Source: Klebsormidium nitens
Lineage: Eukaryota > Plantae > Klebsormidiophyceae
Reading direction: 5' to 3'
Assembly (NCBI GenBank): GCA_000708835.1
Contig: DF237356.1
Coordinates: 19,942-83,941, forward strand
Length of the DNA: 64,000 bases
Below, in pieces: positions 60,401-64,000 of the stretch. A model generated the notes under the pieces. The model made no database searches. It was not told the DNA's origin and saw only the letters and a list, made by a program, of their open reading frames with translations. The translations under genes and the position numbers were made by a program. The stretch's first letter is position 1, and each line of letters begins with the position of its first letter.

Positions 60401-62993
60401 GGTTGCTGGCATTCTTGGAACTTGCATCACGGAAGTGAAGTCCCTAAGTTGGAGTCTTCCATGTTGCAAGCAAGTGGAGATTTCGACGGCCAGGAAGAGT
60501 GCGGTTGATGATTCACTTGATCATTAGTGATTCCAGAGCTGAAGCAGTTACGTATTGTTAATTTTGTCCTCCATATACTTTCGTTTTAGGCCAAGCATCT
60601 CCTCGCAGGAGTTAGTGACGCAGTGCTGACGTTTGCTTGTCCGCAGGTCATGGGCTTCTGCACTGATGCAGAGTACAAGCAGTTCCTGAAAACGTGAGTC
60701 GCTTCCGCTCAGACGCTGTCCGCAGCACTGAGTTGCTTACCGATAGCAGCACCACGAAATTCCGTAGTTTGACCTCAACTAGACCGGGACGAGTTTCGGG
60801 CGGCACTCAAAAAGTGGTGCTTACCCAAGACGTTAGCGCCGATCACGTCGATTAACGCTGATTACGCCGATTGCGTTGATTACGTTGCGGCGACTTGGTT
60901 AGTCCGATAAGGGTTTAGAACAGGAAGCCCGCCTACTTGTAGCGGGAGACTGTATTGAGCATTAAACTCATCGCAAGCTGTATGCAGGGAGTATCTTCAA
61001 ACTGAAACCTTCGTTCTGGTAGACAACGAAGTAATTGCCGCAGTTTCATCGATCGCAGACTAGGGCGTCTGTCATGCTAAGCGGTCGCCCTGAACGCCAG
61101 CGCAGCTCCAGGCGAAGCGGGCGACCAGTCTTGACACTCTTTGTGCGCGCGCGAGAGCAGCGACCTGATCCGCACATTGCGTGTGCAGTTGCCCGCTGTT
61201 TGAGAACCTGCTGATCGACTCGGGGATCATCCTGATCAAATACTGGGTGTCCGTCAGCTCCAAGGAGCAGGAAAAGCGGTTCAAGGTAGGTTGTGCAATC
61301 CAGTGACAAACCCAGGGCGCAAAGCAGCTTTTCTTATTCGTCGCCGTATGTTTAGTTGGGTCAGTCAGGGTCCGCAAACCGTCAAAATTATATGCCCCGG
61401 AAAAGCCGCTTGAGGTGGTTGCGATTTTGACACTCGCCTCGTCAAAGGAAAAGATGGAAGGCAGACAAGCCGGAATCATCTCTCATCGCGTTATTCCTAG
61501 TCTCGCCTGTGTACGAGGAGCGTCCGCAAGCCTGTGTTCGGTGCTCGGACGGTTTGCCGAAGCGTGAAGCGTCCGGAGATGTGCTGTTGACCGAAGCGAA
61601 CGGTGGACTGTCTTTCTGTCTTGCATATGGAAGTGAATCTCTGATTGTGAATGACTGGTCGACTTTACACATAAATCTGCTAGCGGACAAAACGGTGTTC
61701 GTTACCCTGTGTTCGGACGGTTCGCAGGAGCGCTTGACGCGCTCGAAGCAGCGCTTTTGTCCACTGTGAAGGCAAGTACTTGTCTCCACCAAATGATAAC
61801 TTCCTTTTCCGTCTTGCTCTGTTAACCGCTTTCCTTCTTAGTAGATTCCAGCCAGCGGACGAACAGCGTTCTCGATTATGTTTGTACGGTTCGCAGGCGC
61901 TTGAGGCGTCCGGAGAAGCGTGCCTATCCGCTTCAAACGACACCTTTTCTTTTTGCCCCGCTCTAACGCTCCTGCTCTTTCTTACTTGAGCGAACTCCAG
62001 GTAGCGGACGAGGAGCATTCTTAACCCTGTGTTCGGACGGTCCGCAGGAGCGCACTTTTCCGCTTCAAATGACACACTTGTTTTCTGCCTTGCCTGCTCT
62101 TCCTTATAGTAGTGAACTCCAGCTAAAAGATGAGGAGTGGGCTGAATTTGTGTTTGGACGGTCCGCAGGAGCGCTTGAAGCGTCCGGAGAAGCGGTGGAA
62201 GCTGAGCCCGATGGACCTGTACGCGCGCAGCCGCTGGTCCGATTATTCGTACGCCAAGGACGTCATGTTCTCCCACACGGACACCAAGACGGTGAGCGGC
62301 ACAAACTCTGCTTTCAGAAACTCTCAAGAGCTTGCTGAATTCGATGAACGGATCTCGCGTTTTGCCATCTTGGAAGGTTGTATAACAAACCCCGAAGTGG
62401 TTTGCGGTCGACTTTGTTTGCGACCCGTTTTTGGAGAAGTGCGGATCTATGAAGCGGGGCTTCCACGGGCTTGTGAGAGACGCACGAGTTTACCCGGTGG
62501 TTCTCAAGCAAAGTTGGAGTCACTTAAGGAAAGCCAACGTGAGGTTAACTGTTCAACCTTTCTGGTCCGATACTTTTATTTTGGTATGGATTCCGACCTG
62601 ATATTTGAAGCTTCGCCGCTACTCTTTCAATGTACTCGAAAGCGTTTTATATTGGCACACCGTTGTTTCTCTCGAGGAGCTTGTTTCAGATATGTATACG
62701 CAAATCTACTCGTCGAGTGTTCATGCTCATTTTAAAGCAAAGCCCGTGCTTGTACCTTAATCTGCATGCTTTTCTCACTCTTTTCTTCTTTTCGTGCTGC
62801 GCAGTCCCCGTGGTTCGTGATCGACGGGAACGACAAGAAGGCTGCGCGCCTCAACACGATCCGGCACATCCTCTCCCTGATTCCGTACGAGGACGTCATC
62901 AAGACGCAAGACATCAAGATCCCGCCCAAGCAGGAGGACAACTACGAGCGGCCGCCGTTGCGCGAGCAGACGTTCGTCCCGCAGGAGTTTTAG
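57437..62993 (+). CDS. ppk2: Polyphosphate kinase 2, class I type; start exon not located
   Basis: Exons 57437-57624, 58115-58253, 58901-59052, 60136-60216, 60647-60693, 61189-61285, 62169-62291 and 62805-62993, all in phase. Motifs: [108 protein letters not shown]. Confidence 0.93.
59094..59199. repeat. Near-perfect ~50-bp tandem duplication (period 56) in a PPK2 intron
   Basis: TCGACTGATCAATCAGCTGTACCTTCTGCTGACGAGGAGATT[C/G]GATCTGT at 59094 and 59150. Confidence 0.9.
59208..59412 (+). repeat. Two copies of the 3' end and donor of PPK2 exon 58901-59052
   Basis: Real: CCGTCCGATCGGGAGAAGACGCAGTGGTACTTCCAG|GTGGGCTGAAG. Copy: CCGTCCGACCGCAAAAAAGACGGAGTGGTGCTTTCAG|GTGGGCGGAAG (59208-59251). A degenerate copy lies at ~59364-59412. 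Confidence 0.85.
61500..62200 (+). repeat. Four partial copies of the acceptor and start of PPK2 exon 62169
   Basis: TGT(G/T)TT.G[G/T]ACGGT[T/C]CGCAG|G(A)GCGC junctions at 61728, 61897, 62048 and the real one at 62169, plus a degenerate copy at ~61531-61580. Confidence 0.85.
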
Positions 62994-64000
62994 GTTTCGC
63001 TCGCCAGGCTAGTTGCGGAAGAGAGACCTTCGTCGGGGTAGTTTTGAAAGTTGTGTGAATAACGCAAAGCCTAGTCGCAGAAGTCTAGGAATCGATAGGG
63101 GCAGGGATGTAGAAGTGTTTGCTATGGCAGGGCTGTGCGGAATGTCGCAATCGTTGCATTAACAGGGTCGCGACTTTCCTCTTGCCAGTTGTAAGCTGGT
63201 GCACGCGTGAAGTTGTTAGTGAACCGGTTGCATCAGATTCTTAATCAAATAAAGAGTCGAGGTACATGCATTTAAAACATCAAGTTGCCAATAGCGCAGG
63301 AGAAGCAGTGCTTGTATAGGCTAGATTGAGAAACTTTTGTTAGAACGCCCACATGAGCAGGTTAGAATTACTAGATGATGTAGGATGCACGAGTGCACTG
63401 TAAAATCCAGACAGGCATGCAGGTTTTAGCCCTTTTCGAAACGCAAGGTTTGACTCCCTAATTGTGCTGACGTAGATTTATTTACATCAAAAGCAAAGTG
63501 TCGGAACGTGTCGCATCCTAGGCGGTGTAGTCAAGCTAGGTGAGAGACACCCAAACCTTCAGTTTCATGTGTATTGACCACCTCAAAAATGGCTTCTGAC
63601 TTGGCAGACTCCTCTTAAAGATGGTTCATCCAGGAACTTACTATTTAAAAAACAATCCTGTTGTGCACCATGCATGCGAGACGTTTCTTTTCAGAAGTTG
63701 AGCTTTAGCAATACGTTGCATGCCGATCCAAACACGCCGGTGTGCCCAGTGTGAGGATCGATCAGCCGAAGACTTTTGGAGAGGTGAAAATTGTGTACTG
63801 CATGACTCGGGCCGCCCGTTTTCATGCGGCACGGGATAGCTACGGTGCGGAATTTGAGACCGGGAACTTCGTCGGTCGGCTCGGCGGGATACCGGGTCCG
63901 TACCCGGGTTCCGACATTTTACCGTCGGTCGGACCGGGACAATTTCCCCGGATCGGACCTGCAAAAAACGCGCAATCTACCTGCAAATATCGCCGGTGGG

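Noticed and set aside
63800-64000. GC-rich stretch with repeated CCGGG/GTCGG motifs, possibly a transposon end
   Set aside because: Truncated by the window edge; no TIR partner or TSD is visible.

Overview
Intron-rich eukaryotic nuclear DNA with GT-AG introns and GC3-rich exons. The gene set (MRC/PII1, SPIRAL1, plant-type kinesin-4, an LRR receptor, and a ciliary gene) points to a flagellate-stage streptophyte alga such as Klebsormidium; this is inference. I hand-spliced nine genes with phase-consistent exons: MRC/PII1-like coiled-coil (-, runs off the left edge), a kinase-less LRR receptor-like protein (-), WDPCP/Fritz (+), an orphan type-I membrane protein (-), CCDC24 (+), SPIRAL1-like (-), a 21-exon kinesin-4 (+), a Crinkler-type NTPase+REase gene (-) and a bacterial-type class-I PPK2 (+). 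Two things stand out. (1) At nine places in four genes, an exon boundary (splice site plus 30-90 nt of adjacent exon) is copied one to four times into the neighbouring intron ('splice-junction echoes'). (2) The intact NTPase-REase gene sits between two diverged direct repeats of about 2.4-2.9 kb that start at the acceptor of the kinesin's last exon. Family assignments come from recalled motifs, not database searches.
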